NCBI GenBank assembly: GCA_964385285.1
Contig: CAYLOJ010000005.1
Span: 493 to 64,492, forward strand
DNA length: 64,000 nucleotides
Source: an uncultured Gammaproteobacteria bacterium
Lineage (GTDB): Bacteria > Patescibacteriota > Patescibacteriia > UBA9570
Direction: 5' to 3'
Positions 29,368-39,900 of the stretch are shown here, in pieces. The notes beneath the pieces were generated by a model that was given only the letters and a program-made list of their open reading frames with translations, was not told the origin of the DNA and made no database searches. Each line of letters begins with the position of its first letter. The first letter of the stretch is position 1. The position numbers and the translations under genes were made by a program.

Positions 29368-30429
29368 ATGTCCCAACATCTCAGTGAACAGCTTATCCAC
29401 TACGCTCAGGATCATCTTGGGTTTACGCGTGTTGGAATTGTGCCTGCAAGTGCAGCTACTACTTTCCCACAGTTTAGTGACTGGCTAGATCATCGCTATC
29501 AGGGTGAGATGGCATGGTTAGAAACCGAGGGGCGCAAGGAGAAGCGAGCGGATGTACGGACAATCTTACCGGGTGCGCAGAGTGTCATTACTTTGGCTTA
29601 TACCTATCGTACCGAAGATCTTCCGTTAGAGATTCGCAACGATCCATCCCGAGGTCTATTTTCACGCTATACCTGGGGTCGTGATTATCACACTGTGCTA
29701 AAGAAGCGTTTACAAGCCTTATTGGATTATCTGGAAGAGCAGCTGGGCGTAGAGGTGCAGGGCAGAGCTTATGTTGATACTGGTCCAATCTTAGAACGTG
29801 AGTTAGCTGAACGCGCAGGAATCGGTTTTGTGGGAAATAATAGTATGTTGATTAGCCCGATGTTTGGCTCCTATCTTTTTTTAAGTGAAGTGATTGTGAA
29901 TATTCCGTTAGAGCCCGTGACGTACAAAAAAGTAGGTGGTTGTCGTACGTGTCATAAATGTGTAAAACGTTGTCCGACCAAAGCCATTGTAGATAATAAA
30001 GTTATCGATGCACGGAAGTGTATTTCGTATCTGACTATTGAAAGCAAAGGGAGCATCCCAGTGGAATTAAGACCACTGATGACTAATCGTATTTACGGTT
30101 GTGATATTTGTCAGGAAGTCTGCCCATGGAACGGTACACCTAAGGCTAAACAGACCCAGAATGATTGGTTAGCAGCTGCTTTGGATCGCCAAGCACCCCA
30201 TTTAGTCGAGCTGGCACAATTAACGGATGAAACGTTCTTGCAACGTTTTCAAGGGACGCCGATTATGCGCGCTAAGCGGGTTGGTTTACTGCGTAACGTA
30301 GCCGTTGCGCTAGGAAATTGGGGGAGTGACGAAGCGATGATTGCGTTGGAACAGTTAGCTCAGGATTCTTCCGCATTGATTCGGGAGCATGCTTATTGGG
30401 GTTTGAGTCGCAAGCAGGCCTTGCAATAA
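29368..30429 (+). CDS. queG: epoxyqueuosine reductase
   Basis: GRDYH, VDTGPILER, CxxCxxCxxxCP, DARKCISYLTIE, GCDICQEVCPWN, HEAT-like tail. Confidence 0.93.
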   Translation: MSQHLSEQLIHYAQDHLGFTRVGIVPASAATTFPQFSDWLDHRYQGEMAWLETEGRKEKRADVRTILPGAQSVITLAYTYRTEDLPLEIRNDPSRGLFSRYTWGRDYHTVLKKRLQALLDYLEEQLGVEVQGRAYVDTGPILERELAERAGIGFVGNNSMLISPMFGSYLFLSEVIVNIPLEPVTYKKVGGCRTCHKCVKRCPTKAIVDNKVIDARKCISYLTIESKGSIPVELRPLMTNRIYGCDICQEVCPWNGTPKAKQTQNDWLAAALDRQAPHLVELAQLTDETFLQRFQGTPIMRAKRVGLLRNVAVALGNWGSDEAMIALEQLAQDSSALIREHAYWGLSRKQALQ

Positions 30430-30809
30430 CCATACACTGTCACCACGTGCATCGTAGGGACGAAATCTTTGAATTTGGGTAGGGTTAACTCACAATCAAT
30501 ATCGGTCATTTTTCCACAAGCCTGACAGATTGAATGGTGGTGATGATGGTGGTAAGGAGAAGCCAATTCAAAATACTGTTCTTTTCGGTCATGCATTAAT
30601 CGTTCGACGATGCCATCCTGTTCTAGATGCTCGAGCATGCGGTACAAGGTGACGATATTAATCTTGGGTAGGGCGTGTTCGATCTGTTTTACACTCACCG
30701 GGCGTTGTTGTTTGCAGAGGAATTCTAGCACCGCTAACCGATTCTTAGTTAAACGATCTCCGTGGTTTTGTAATTTCTTCACCACTGCAGTGAGGTGAGC
30801 ATGAGCCAT
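30393..30809 (-). CDS. Fur/Zur-family regulator
   Basis: RLTKNR, TLYR, HHHHHH-x2-CxxCG, C-terminal CxxC. Confidence 0.9.
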   Translation of the reverse strand: MAHAHLTAVVKKLQNHGDRLTKNRLAVLEFLCKQQRPVSVKQIEHALPKINIVTLYRMLEHLEQDGIVERLMHDRKEQYFELASPYHHHHHHSICQACGKMTDIDCELTLPKFKDFVPTMHVVTVYGYCKACLRLKPQ

Positions 30810-30810
30810 A

Positions 30811-32115
30811 CTAATTTAGAGCGAACTCTTCAAAGTGAATATGATCAGCAGTTACACCCATCGTAGCTAATAATTGACGCATGCCACGCATCATTGGTTT
30901 AGGGCCGCAGATGAAATAATGTTGCTGTAGTGGTTCTGGAATAGCCGCTTCATAGTTCTGACGTGTTAATCGTTCAGTAGTGTAGACGACTTTAAAATTA
31001 GCATGGGTACGCGCCAATTGATCAAACGTTTCTTTGAAAGCAAAATCTTGTTCACTTCTAGCACTGTACAATAGTGTTAATGGTCGTTTAGTATCTGTTG
31101 CTAACAGAGCGGTGATCATGGCGTGTAGTGGTGTAATACCGATACCACCAGCTACAAACACATAACCCATATCATCGTGTGGTAGGCGTTGGTAGCTGAA
31201 TTGACCATAGGGTCCTTCTACTTTAGCAATCGTGTCTACCTGTACGCTGTTCAATTGTTTGGTCCAATCACCAGACTCTTTCATGGTTAGTGTTAGTACG
31301 GAGCTATTCGGTCGGCTAGAAATAGTGAAGGGATGCCATTCACGACTAATGCCTGTAGATTTAAATTGTACAAAAACGAACTGCCCAGGTTGATAGTCTA
31401 ATACCTTTCCGTGGACGGGAACTAACTCTACATGGTGCACATTTTGTGCAATTACTTGGTGGGCTTGTACGCGATACGAGCGAGCCATCAGCGGCACTAG
31501 CATCCGACGGTGCAGTAAGGATAATCCGGCAATCGCTCCCAAGATTGTCCAATACCATCGCAATGTGCCGCTGACCAAGTGTGAACCGAGATACAAACTG
31601 TGCAGGAATCCGCCTAGAATGGCAACGTACATAAAAAAGTGCACACGCTTCCACCAGTGATACGGAAGATGTAATCGGCGATAAATCAGTGTTAGTAATA
31701 CGATCAACACCATGGTATCGAACGAAAGCATACCTAATGTTTCCCAACGCCAACCGGGTTGAATGAACGCCCACAGTGTTGCGAAGCCAAAATCAAAGTA
31801 GTACAAGCTAATGCCCAGGGCATGTAAGGCGATGCAAGTTAATCCGATTATGCCGGCCCATTTATGGACACGTGTTAAACGATCAAAGCCAATCATGCGA
31901 TCTAACCAAGTCCAGCGAGTGGCCAATACTAACTCCATTAATAATAAACTTGCACCAGTAAAGCCAAATAATTGCGCGGTGGTATAGCGCCAATCAAACC
32001 AAGTGGCGGGTTCAAAGAAAATCAGCCAGCAACTGGGGAAGAGGATAATGGCGGCATAAGGTAGTAGTAACCAATAACGTTTGAAATAGTACATACGAGA
32101 ACGATTAAGCTTCAT
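30811..32115 (-). CDS. ferric reductase-like membrane flavocytochrome
   Basis: TM His pairs, PGQF, HPFTISS, EGPYG, AGGIGITP, ICGP, EEF. Confidence 0.88.
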   Translation of the reverse strand: MKLNRSRMYYFKRYWLLLPYAAIILFPSCWLIFFEPATWFDWRYTTAQLFGFTGASLLLMELVLATRWTWLDRMIGFDRLTRVHKWAGIIGLTCIALHALGISLYYFDFGFATLWAFIQPGWRWETLGMLSFDTMVLIVLLTLIYRRLHLPYHWWKRVHFFMYVAILGGFLHSLYLGSHLVSGTLRWYWTILGAIAGLSLLHRRMLVPLMARSYRVQAHQVIAQNVHHVELVPVHGKVLDYQPGQFVFVQFKSTGISREWHPFTISSRPNSSVLTLTMKESGDWTKQLNSVQVDTIAKVEGPYGQFSYQRLPHDDMGYVFVAGGIGITPLHAMITALLATDTKRPLTLLYSARSEQDFAFKETFDQLARTHANFKVVYTTERLTRQNYEAAIPEPLQQHYFICGPKPMMRGMRQLLATMGVTADHIHFEEFALN

Positions 32116-33115
32116 TTAATTGATCAGTTGCTAGTCGCACTGCACCCCATACTGGAGGATGACTTGGTTTGATGACGGTCGCATGCGGTGCAATGTTTTT
32201 AATGCGTGCGGTAAAGCGCTTGAGAAAAGGGATGGTTGAAATTTCAAAGACACCGCCAGCCACAACAAGATCAAACGGCATTTTTTTCATTTGTAAACGT
32301 TGTACAACTGCGGCGACGTGCATAGTGAGTTCTTCTAAGGTTTCATTAATAATTTCTTTAGCACGCCAATCTCCCGCCGCTGCCAACGGATCCACTAATT
32401 TTCCTAGCTTGGCAATTTTGGATTTATCAAGACGTTGACCATAAATTTGCCCGTGATAGGTCAGTGGTTCCAATGAGCGAATGGAGGCAATTTTGAAATG
32501 TGCAAGTACGGCTGACTGCAGTTTAGTAGGCTTCGTGCGGCCATCACCACTACGGACAGCTGCTCGCAAGACTTTTAACCCCATATCATAACCACTGCCC
32601 TCATCGGAGAGAATGAATTCTAAGCCACCAGCATGCGCCATTTCGCCTTTGTGGTTAATGCCAAAACAATGTGAACCCGTGCCGGCAATCAAGGCGATAC
32701 CGTAGGGGTCATCGCTACCGCTGCGACGTACCAAATGAATATCATTGAGCACCTCTAAATGACTTTGATGATTTAACCACGGGGTTAAAGCTTTTTTTAC
32801 GATGCGCTCCGCTCGTAATTGATCATTCGGCGAATCGATTCCGGCCATTCCAACTACGACGGAACGGAAGGCTAACCGACTGCGCGTTTTAACGTGCTGG
32901 ACAGCTTGTTCTGTTGCAGTTCGAAGATTGTGAATAATCTCCTCGGCTTTGACCGTGTGCAAATTACCAGGACCACCCTTGCCAACCCCATAGATTTTTT
33001 GATCATCACCAACTGCCGCGGCCGTTTTGGTGGCGCCAGAATCAATGCCTAAGACAAACTTAGCTTGCTTGAGCAGTAGGGCTTGCGGTTGAGTTTGTGT
33101 AGCGATACGGGCCAT
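32105..33115 (-). CDS. BadF/BadG-family sugar kinase (GlcNAc/MurNAc kinase-like)
   Basis: GIDSGATKT, GMAG, IAGTGS, DEGSG, AGGVF. Confidence 0.85.
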   Translation of the reverse strand: MARIATQTQPQALLLKQAKFVLGIDSGATKTAAAVGDDQKIYGVGKGGPGNLHTVKAEEIIHNLRTATEQAVQHVKTRSRLAFRSVVVGMAGIDSPNDQLRAERIVKKALTPWLNHQSHLEVLNDIHLVRRSGSDDPYGIALIAGTGSHCFGINHKGEMAHAGGLEFILSDEGSGYDMGLKVLRAAVRSGDGRTKPTKLQSAVLAHFKIASIRSLEPLTYHGQIYGQRLDKSKIAKLGKLVDPLAAAGDWRAKEIINETLEELTMHVAAVVQRLQMKKMPFDLVVAGGVFEISTIPFLKRFTARIKNIAPHATVIKPSHPPVWGAVRLATDQLNEA

Positions 33116-33118
33116 AGA

Positions 33119-33640
33119 TTAGTGCCAACTGACCTCAACGGTATCGGTTTTGATATTAATGTAGCGAGCCAAAGTAAATAACCAATCAGATAGCCGATTC
33201 ATATATTGAATGACTAATGCATCGACATGATCTGTTGTGGTAAGACTAATAATCAAACGTTCTGCACGTCGACAAATTGTGCGGGCAATATGGGCTTGGC
33301 ATGCGGCCGCGTGGCCACCGGGTAAAATGAATTTACGCAACTCAGGAAGTGCCACCGTCATTTCATCAATCGATCGTTCCAGCTGTAGAATCATAGCTAT
33401 CGCCAGGCCACTATCTGTCTGCTGTGGGGTGGCCAAATGAGAACCGATCGTAAAGAGCATGCGTTGAATCTCCATTAGTTGGTCTGCAGCTTGGGGCCAT
33501 TGAGTTGCTAACAAACCAATTTGACTATTGAGTTCATCAATTGTGCCGTAGGCTTCCAAGCGGGGATGATTCTTAGCGACGCGTTCACCGCCAAATAATC
33601 CAGAGGAGCCTTTGTCGCCGGTTTTTGTATAGATCTTCAT
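33119..33640 (-). CDS. PduO-type cob(I)alamin adenosyltransferase
   Basis: KIYTKTGDKG, AYGTIDELNS, FILPGG, RTICRRAER, NRLSD. Confidence 0.92.
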   Translation of the reverse strand: MKIYTKTGDKGSSGLFGGERVAKNHPRLEAYGTIDELNSQIGLLATQWPQAADQLMEIQRMLFTIGSHLATPQQTDSGLAIAMILQLERSIDEMTVALPELRKFILPGGHAAACQAHIARTICRRAERLIISLTTTDHVDALVIQYMNRLSDWLFTLARYINIKTDTVEVSWH

Positions 33641-33652
33641 ATGAACACTATA

Positions 33653-34894
33653 CTACTCGTAGCGCAGAGCTTCAATCGGATGCAACTTAGCGGCTTTTAA
33701 CGCAGGATAAAGACCAAAGATAAACCCAGTCGTCATTGAAACTGCGCATGCTAAGAACACAGCTGATGGCACGAAGACAAATTGGATATCCCAGGTGGGT
33801 TGTACTAGATTCACGACAATGACCGCAGCATAGGCCAATCCTAATCCAACTCCGATACCGATCAAACCACCGAGCGTAGTGAGAACAGCAGCTTCAATTA
33901 AAAATTGAACTAGAATAGAACTATTTTTGGCACCAACCGCTTTACGCAAACCAATTTCTTTAGTCCGTTCTTTCACTGTTACTAACATGATATTCATGAT
34001 ACCAATTCCACCAACGAAGAGTGAGATTGCAGCAATGGCCGCAACGAACATCTGAATACCTACTAGAACGGTGTCAAAAATACTTAAGGCCTGCTCACGA
34101 CTTTGAATAAAAAGACGCTTAGCTTGCTCCTCGTCTAAATTTTTAATCCGTTTAATTTCAAACGCGATGCGATCTTTAAATTGATCCACATCCGCAGTGG
34201 GGTCAATCGCTACTAAGAGTAGTGTAACTTTATTATAATCTTCAGCTGGAGCGAGATACGCATAGACAGTGGTGATAGGAATATAGACGTAGCCACCACC
34301 AAACGCACCGCTTAATGGGGGATCATTCACTACACCAATCACAAGCAAGGATCGTCCTTTAATCGTAATCGTATTGCCAACTGCAGCACCGGCAGCACCA
34401 AACACATCGTTAGCCACACTTTCTGATAACACAATTACGTTATCTGCCCGGTTCACTTCTGCGTCGGAAAAGCCACGACCTGCCAAAAACTTCAAATTAT
34501 TCACATTAAATACTCCGGTGCGATCTCCCCAGACAGATACCTGATAGGTTTCACTATCATATTCTAAATTACCAGACAGCGTATAAGCCGTAGAGATATC
34601 CTCTAAATCAGAAAGTAGGCTAGAAGAACGGAGCTCATCAGCATCGCTCAGTGTAAAGGTAATGGGTTCGGAATCGGCAAATGGACCGAACGAACCTTGA
34701 TCGGCTACCTCGATTACGTTGGTGCCAAATTGGCTGATTTGACCAAGCAAAAACTGTTTGGCGATTTCGCCGAGCGTCATAATCAGAATCACAGATCCAA
34801 TTCCGATAATAATCCCTAACATCGTCAAGAACGATTTGCCTTTATTGGCCAGCAATTGGCGGACTGAAGTTTGAACGTGCGTAAGTAATAGCAT
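33653..34894 (-). CDS. MacB-like ABC permease
   Basis: LTMLGIIIGI, GGIGIMNIML..V.ERTKEIGLRKAVGA, PIEALRYE. Confidence 0.92.
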   Translation of the reverse strand: MLLLTHVQTSVRQLLANKGKSFLTMLGIIIGIGSVILIMTLGEIAKQFLLGQISQFGTNVIEVADQGSFGPFADSEPITFTLSDADELRSSSLLSDLEDISTAYTLSGNLEYDSETYQVSVWGDRTGVFNVNNLKFLAGRGFSDAEVNRADNVIVLSESVANDVFGAAGAAVGNTITIKGRSLLVIGVVNDPPLSGAFGGGYVYIPITTVYAYLAPAEDYNKVTLLLVAIDPTADVDQFKDRIAFEIKRIKNLDEEQAKRLFIQSREQALSIFDTVLVGIQMFVAAIAAISLFVGGIGIMNIMLVTVKERTKEIGLRKAVGAKNSSILVQFLIEAAVLTTLGGLIGIGVGLGLAYAAVIVVNLVQPTWDIQFVFVPSAVFLACAVSMTTGFIFGLYPALKAAKLHPIEALRYE

Positions 34895-34896
34895 AG

Positions 34897-35580
34897 TTAT
34901 TTCTGGATTTTACCATCACGCATAATAATTTGACGGGAAGCGTAGGCAGCCACTTCATCTGAGTGGGTCACCATAATGACTGTCTTGCCTTCGTCATGCA
35001 GTGCACTAATTAATTCCATGATCTCATGTGATGTTTTGGTATCCAGATTACCAGTCGGTTCATCGCAGAAGAGAACGGTGGGATTATTAACCAATGCTCG
35101 AGCGATGGAGACGCGTTGTTGCTGTCCACCGGAAAGTTCATTGGGCTTATGATAAATGCGGTTAGACAAGCCGACGCGCTTTAACAATTGATAGGCGCGT
35201 TCCCGGGCCGCCTTTTTTTTGACACCAGCATAGAGGAGGGGAAGTGCAACATTATCTAAGGCTGAGGTACGAGATAAGAGGTGAAACTGTTGAAACACAA
35301 ATCCCAGCACTGCATTGCGTAGTTCTGCTAGGTAATTATCACTGAAGGAGGTAATGTTTTGACCAGCAAACCAGTACTCGCCACTGGTGGGGGCGTCTAG
35401 AAATGCCAGTACATTCATTAATGTTGACTTGCCTGATCCGGATGGCCCCATTAAGGCTAAGAATTCTCCTTCATGGACTGTCAGGTTGATACCACGCAAC
35501 GCTGGTACTTCCAAAGTACCATTCCAGTACGTTTTAACAATATCCACTATGCGGATGACTTCGTTCGTTGATTTTTTCAT
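34897..35580 (-). CDS. MacB/LolD-like ABC ATP-binding protein
   Basis: GPSGSGKS, LSGGQQQR, DEPTGNLD; start 35580 or 35589. Confidence 0.92.
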   Translation of the reverse strand: MKKSTNEVIRIVDIVKTYWNGTLEVPALRGINLTVHEGEFLALMGPSGSGKSTLMNVLAFLDAPTSGEYWFAGQNITSFSDNYLAELRNAVLGFVFQQFHLLSRTSALDNVALPLLYAGVKKKAARERAYQLLKRVGLSNRIYHKPNELSGGQQQRVSIARALVNNPTVLFCDEPTGNLDTKTSHEIMELISALHDEGKTVIMVTHSDEVAAYASRQIIMRDGKIQK

Positions 35581-35597
35581 TGAGTCCAAAGCTAGAG

Positions 35598-36521
35598 TTA
35601 AAAGATGGAGGCACTGCTAGACTTTGGGATATTGAGAATCACGGTAGCGCCATCGGTTAATCCAGAGGTAATTTCAATATAGTCGTCACCGTCGAATCCT
35701 GTAGTCACGGTTTGTTCAATCGGTGCAGCATCTGTTGTGGCACCTGGCAGCCATACAAAGGCAGTGCCATCATCGTGATACTGAATAGCAGCACGCTCTA
35801 ATGACAGCACTTGATCACGCTGATCCACAAGTACTTTAATATTAACCGTCAATCCAACTAAATTACCAATCTCTTCTGGTAAATCTGATGGTCGAATGCG
35901 GGTAAGATAACCACTTTCCGTGCCACCGGATTGAGCTAGCTGACTACCGGATGTGCTTTTCTGTGTATCAACGGATTCCACGGTACCATGATAGGTATCA
36001 CTACCATTACGATAAGTGGGTATGGTTAATTCAACAGCCTGATCTTTACTGAGATCAAATACTTCAGATTCAGTAGCAACAAAATCGACAAAATTCGAGC
36101 GATAGCCAACTTCGAAGACGGGGTTACCGGCTAGGGCTGTACTGCCTACAAAGGTGTTTACGGCTAATACTCGACCATCAAATGGGGCTTTTAATTGTTG
36201 ACTGCCAATTTTTGCCAAGACATCATCCTTATCGACTAAATCACCAATAGCCACATTCACTTCAGTGACCTTGCCACCAAAACTGAAGGCTAGCTGTTCG
36301 GTATGCTCAGGGGCAATTTTCCCATTAGTGCTGATAGCTTTATTCAGATCACGCACATCTGCTACCACAGTTTGATTCGTATCAAGCGTTGTGGCACTCA
36401 TGGATGAGGAGACCATTTGTATGACTATTCCTACACCCGCAAGCACTACACATACGATGATCAACCAGATCCACCAACGTTTATACCAACTGACGCGCGG
36501 AGGTTTGGGAAGCATGGCCAT
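35598..36521 (-). CDS. membrane fusion (MacA-like) adaptor
   Basis: N-terminal TM, GKV..V...GD.V, LKAPFDG, EITSGL..G; start approximate. Confidence 0.8.
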   Translation of the reverse strand: MAMLPKPPRVSWYKRWWIWLIIVCVVLAGVGIVIQMVSSSMSATTLDTNQTVVADVRDLNKAISTNGKIAPEHTEQLAFSFGGKVTEVNVAIGDLVDKDDVLAKIGSQQLKAPFDGRVLAVNTFVGSTALAGNPVFEVGYRSNFVDFVATESEVFDLSKDQAVELTIPTYRNGSDTYHGTVESVDTQKSTSGSQLAQSGGTESGYLTRIRPSDLPEEIGNLVGLTVNIKVLVDQRDQVLSLERAAIQYHDDGTAFVWLPGATTDAAPIEQTVTTGFDGDDYIEITSGLTDGATVILNIPKSSSASIF

Positions 36522-36593
36522 AGCAATAGAATAAAAGTTAAGACGATTATTTAGAATGGAAAACGGATACAACTATATCACAGTTGCCAGTCA

Positions 36594-36622
36594 TTGACAA
36601 TTTGCTAAACTTAAGTTATATT
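36594..36622 (+). promoter_or_regulatory. sigma70 promoter
   Basis: TTGACA-17 nt-TATATT. Confidence 0.65.
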
Positions 36623-36666
36623 TAGTCGTTCAATCAATTTTTTCTCTAACAAAAAACATTAAAACT

Positions 36667-36975
36667 ATGGCATCACCAACATTACCGCTCGACACGAAAA
36701 CTGCGGAACGCTTAGCATGGTTGTTGGCTCAGTCAGTGATGCCGGAAGAGCAAAAGTCAGCTTGGTTAAATTTGTTGCCGTTAATGTCTGTGGAACAGGT
36801 GCAGCGCCTAATGCAAGTGTTGGAGCAGGAACAGGCGGCCTATCAAGCGGTTAGTGCTAGTTTTTTCTCTGACTTGGATGCAGTGGTGAAAGAGATGAAT
36901 ACGAGCTTAGAACGATTGCAAGCCAAAGAACGCAAGGAGATCGAACGTTATATCCAAAAACTACTCCATGAATAG
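36667..36975 (+). CDS. small helical hypothetical protein
   Basis: 102-aa ORF overlapping the start of the giant gene. Confidence 0.65.
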   Translation: MASPTLPLDTKTAERLAWLLAQSVMPEEQKSAWLNLLPLMSVEQVQRLMQVLEQEQAAYQAVSASFFSDLDAVVKEMNTSLERLQAKERKEIERYIQKLLHE

Positions 36976-39900
36976 TATTGATCGTCAATGGATTGATCTC
37001 CCTGATGCATTACCTCAGGTCGATCTCAAGGCTGAACGTGTCGTTCCAGATGCTGCCGAAGTGAACGCTCCTGAATTAGGTTTGCGTAAACGTTGGACAA
37101 CCTTAGTACAAGGTGTCCGTGAGCAGTATAAAGGTTGGAAGGAGCGATTAATGGATCGTACTGATGAAACCTTAACTGAGATCGCTGACCAATATGTTGG
37201 TGATTGGCGTGAGACACAGCCGACGACCATGTGGCAATCGGCCAAGCGTGCGGTGGAAGCAACGCGTAAATCGCTGACTTTACGCAAAGCCATGGATTTA
37301 TCTGTGCGAGGTGCATTGGTTGGAATTGAGTTTAATGCCCAAATGGCCGCCAAACAATTTTTAGTGGACATTGCGATTCGTCAGGCCGATTGTGATACCT
37401 TAGCAGAAAAATATGCTGGCCACGGTGGGGTTGCCGCAGTGGAAGCGGAAGCGATGAAATTTGCGGATCAAGTACGTCAACATTTTGCAGAGCTACAACG
37501 CGTTTCAGAGCGCATGATGCCAGCAGAGGGTGGTGACCGTGAAGCCTACCGGCAGCAGCACATTGAACGTGGCATGAAGTATGCGCACGAATTATTACAA
37601 GGAGTAACCATCATTCCGGAGCAACGTCGCCAGGCGATTTTGGGAGATATCCATCGGCATCTAGATACAGTAGTGTTTGATGGTGAGAAATCTTCATTGA
37701 TGCGCGGTTATGAAAAATTATCTGGGCAATGGAGCAATGCTATACAGGGTATTGTCGAGCGCCACGTGGATATTTATCAAGCACGTAAAGCACGCAATAC
37801 GGCGGTGTTAACGACCGGTGCGCGCTGGCTAACGCTCGGCGTAGAAAGTTTCGTCATTGGCAAGGCGATGTCTACTTACAGCACTGTATCAGTAAATTAT
37901 GAGAAAGCATTGCAACAGCGTCCCGCGCACGAACGGACCACTGGAAAACGACTAGAAGCGTTGGCCGAAAGCGTGCGTACTAGTCTGCGTCAATTCGCGC
38001 TCCATGACAGATTTGAATTAGCTTTACGAAATAATAAAACTGTGAGTGCGAGTGTTGAGCGTTTGATTACTCCCGAACAACAAGCTGCCGACTTTGAAAG
38101 TTTTGCTGTGGATCAAATTGCGATTAGCTTATGGACGGAGTATGGTGAGCAGCTCAAAGCGCGTGGAATCTCTGAAGATGATTTGTATGCACGTGTGGAG
38201 GATATAGCCGCCTTTCAAGGTGATCGTCGCCAAGCCCTAGAGCGGCTGTTGAAGCATAAGTTGCTGGGAATGCATCGGGAAGTAGTGAAGGCAAGTGCCA
38301 AACAGTATGAGCATCTGTTTAATCAGTTTAATGCTACGGTTACTACCTTGGGAATGTTAGAACACCTCGATACCACTTTAGAGGCTAAATATGTTCCGGC
38401 CGTTGATGCCACAGCGGCTAATATTGAAACCGTATTAACACATCTGCAGGATGCCGTGCAGGAAATTACAGTCACGCGGGTGACCTCGACGGATTCGGCT
38501 AGTGCGGTTGTTACGATACCCGATTCTTATGATTATTCCTATGATGCTTTGCATCAATCGGTTGATCCTGAAGCTTTTGCCGCTGGTGAAGAGGTTCCGC
38601 CGGAGAATACCGTTGCCAATGTACATTATGTAGTGGAGTCTGGCGAAACTACCTGGAAGATTGCCAGTGATCATTTGGAGTGGTACCGCCAACGCGAGGG
38701 TAATGATCACTTAACCGTTCCACAGGCAGTGGAATTATTAGCACGAGATAATCATCTCACAAACGCGGCGCGTATCGAAGTAGGTCAAACATTAGTCTTA
38801 CCAACGGAGCTACCGCCTGCAGTGGATGACAGCGATGATCCTTATGGCGAATCTGTAGAAGAAGCGCCACGACTGCCAGAAGGGATGTGGGAACAAGATC
38901 GCGTCATGTCACATGAGCAAGCGGTGATGGCAGCCAAAGGAGTGGATCATCATTTAGCGAACGACCATTATGTCTCCGGCGCTACGCGTGAAGATCTGAA
39001 TAAATTGCCACCGGGTGATTATGTGACGATCTTTGGTGAGCGTATGGGTAAGCGGAACAATACGATGGGTGTATTTTATGATCAAGTGTATGACTTACAT
39101 GTGGACGCCACTGGTGCAGTAACCGCCAAAGAGCATGGCGTGGCCGATACCACGCCGATGGATTTGAGTGAGTTACTGAGCACGGAACAAGCTCCAATTG
39201 TGCGAGTATTTAGTTTGGAGGCGACGGATTTGACGATCGATCATGGACGTCTCAATTCAGCGGAATGGTCTGACTATAATTTAGCCATGATTGAATCGTT
39301 AAAACATGAGGCGGTCCGTGTTGAAGATAAAGATGGCGCCTATTGTGCGAAGGATATGGCTGGTCGTTTTAATCTAATGGCAGAACAGCTGGCTGCAAAA
39401 ATTGGTGTAAACATTATTGATGGTCGAGGTGAATTATCTGGCGTGACTGTGCATGCCCCGATGGTGGCAGAAGCGATTATTACGAATGGTGGTCAAGAAC
39501 TAGCCACACTGAAAACATATTTTACTGTGGATGCTGGCGGTGCACACCCACAAGAGAACTTAAACAGTGACAATGCCGTGTATCGCTACGGTGTGGATCA
39601 GTGGATTAAAGCTGCAGCCGCTAATCCGTTAGAAATTGGAACATTTTATTTTACCGGTACCCATATTAACGATATCATCGCTGCCAATCGCGAGATTGGT
39701 GGTGAGCCCAATTCACATGTGGTTACATTGTTGGGTGAGCAGAATCATGAATTGACCGTTCCCAAAGACACAACGATGGCGGCTTTGTTGCATAACCGTT
39801 TTGGCCTGAGTAAGACTGATTTGGCAGAACGTGGCTATTTGTTTGAAAGTTTAGGCATCGAAGTGAATGGTCAAGTCATTACCAATCAGGCGGAATGGTT

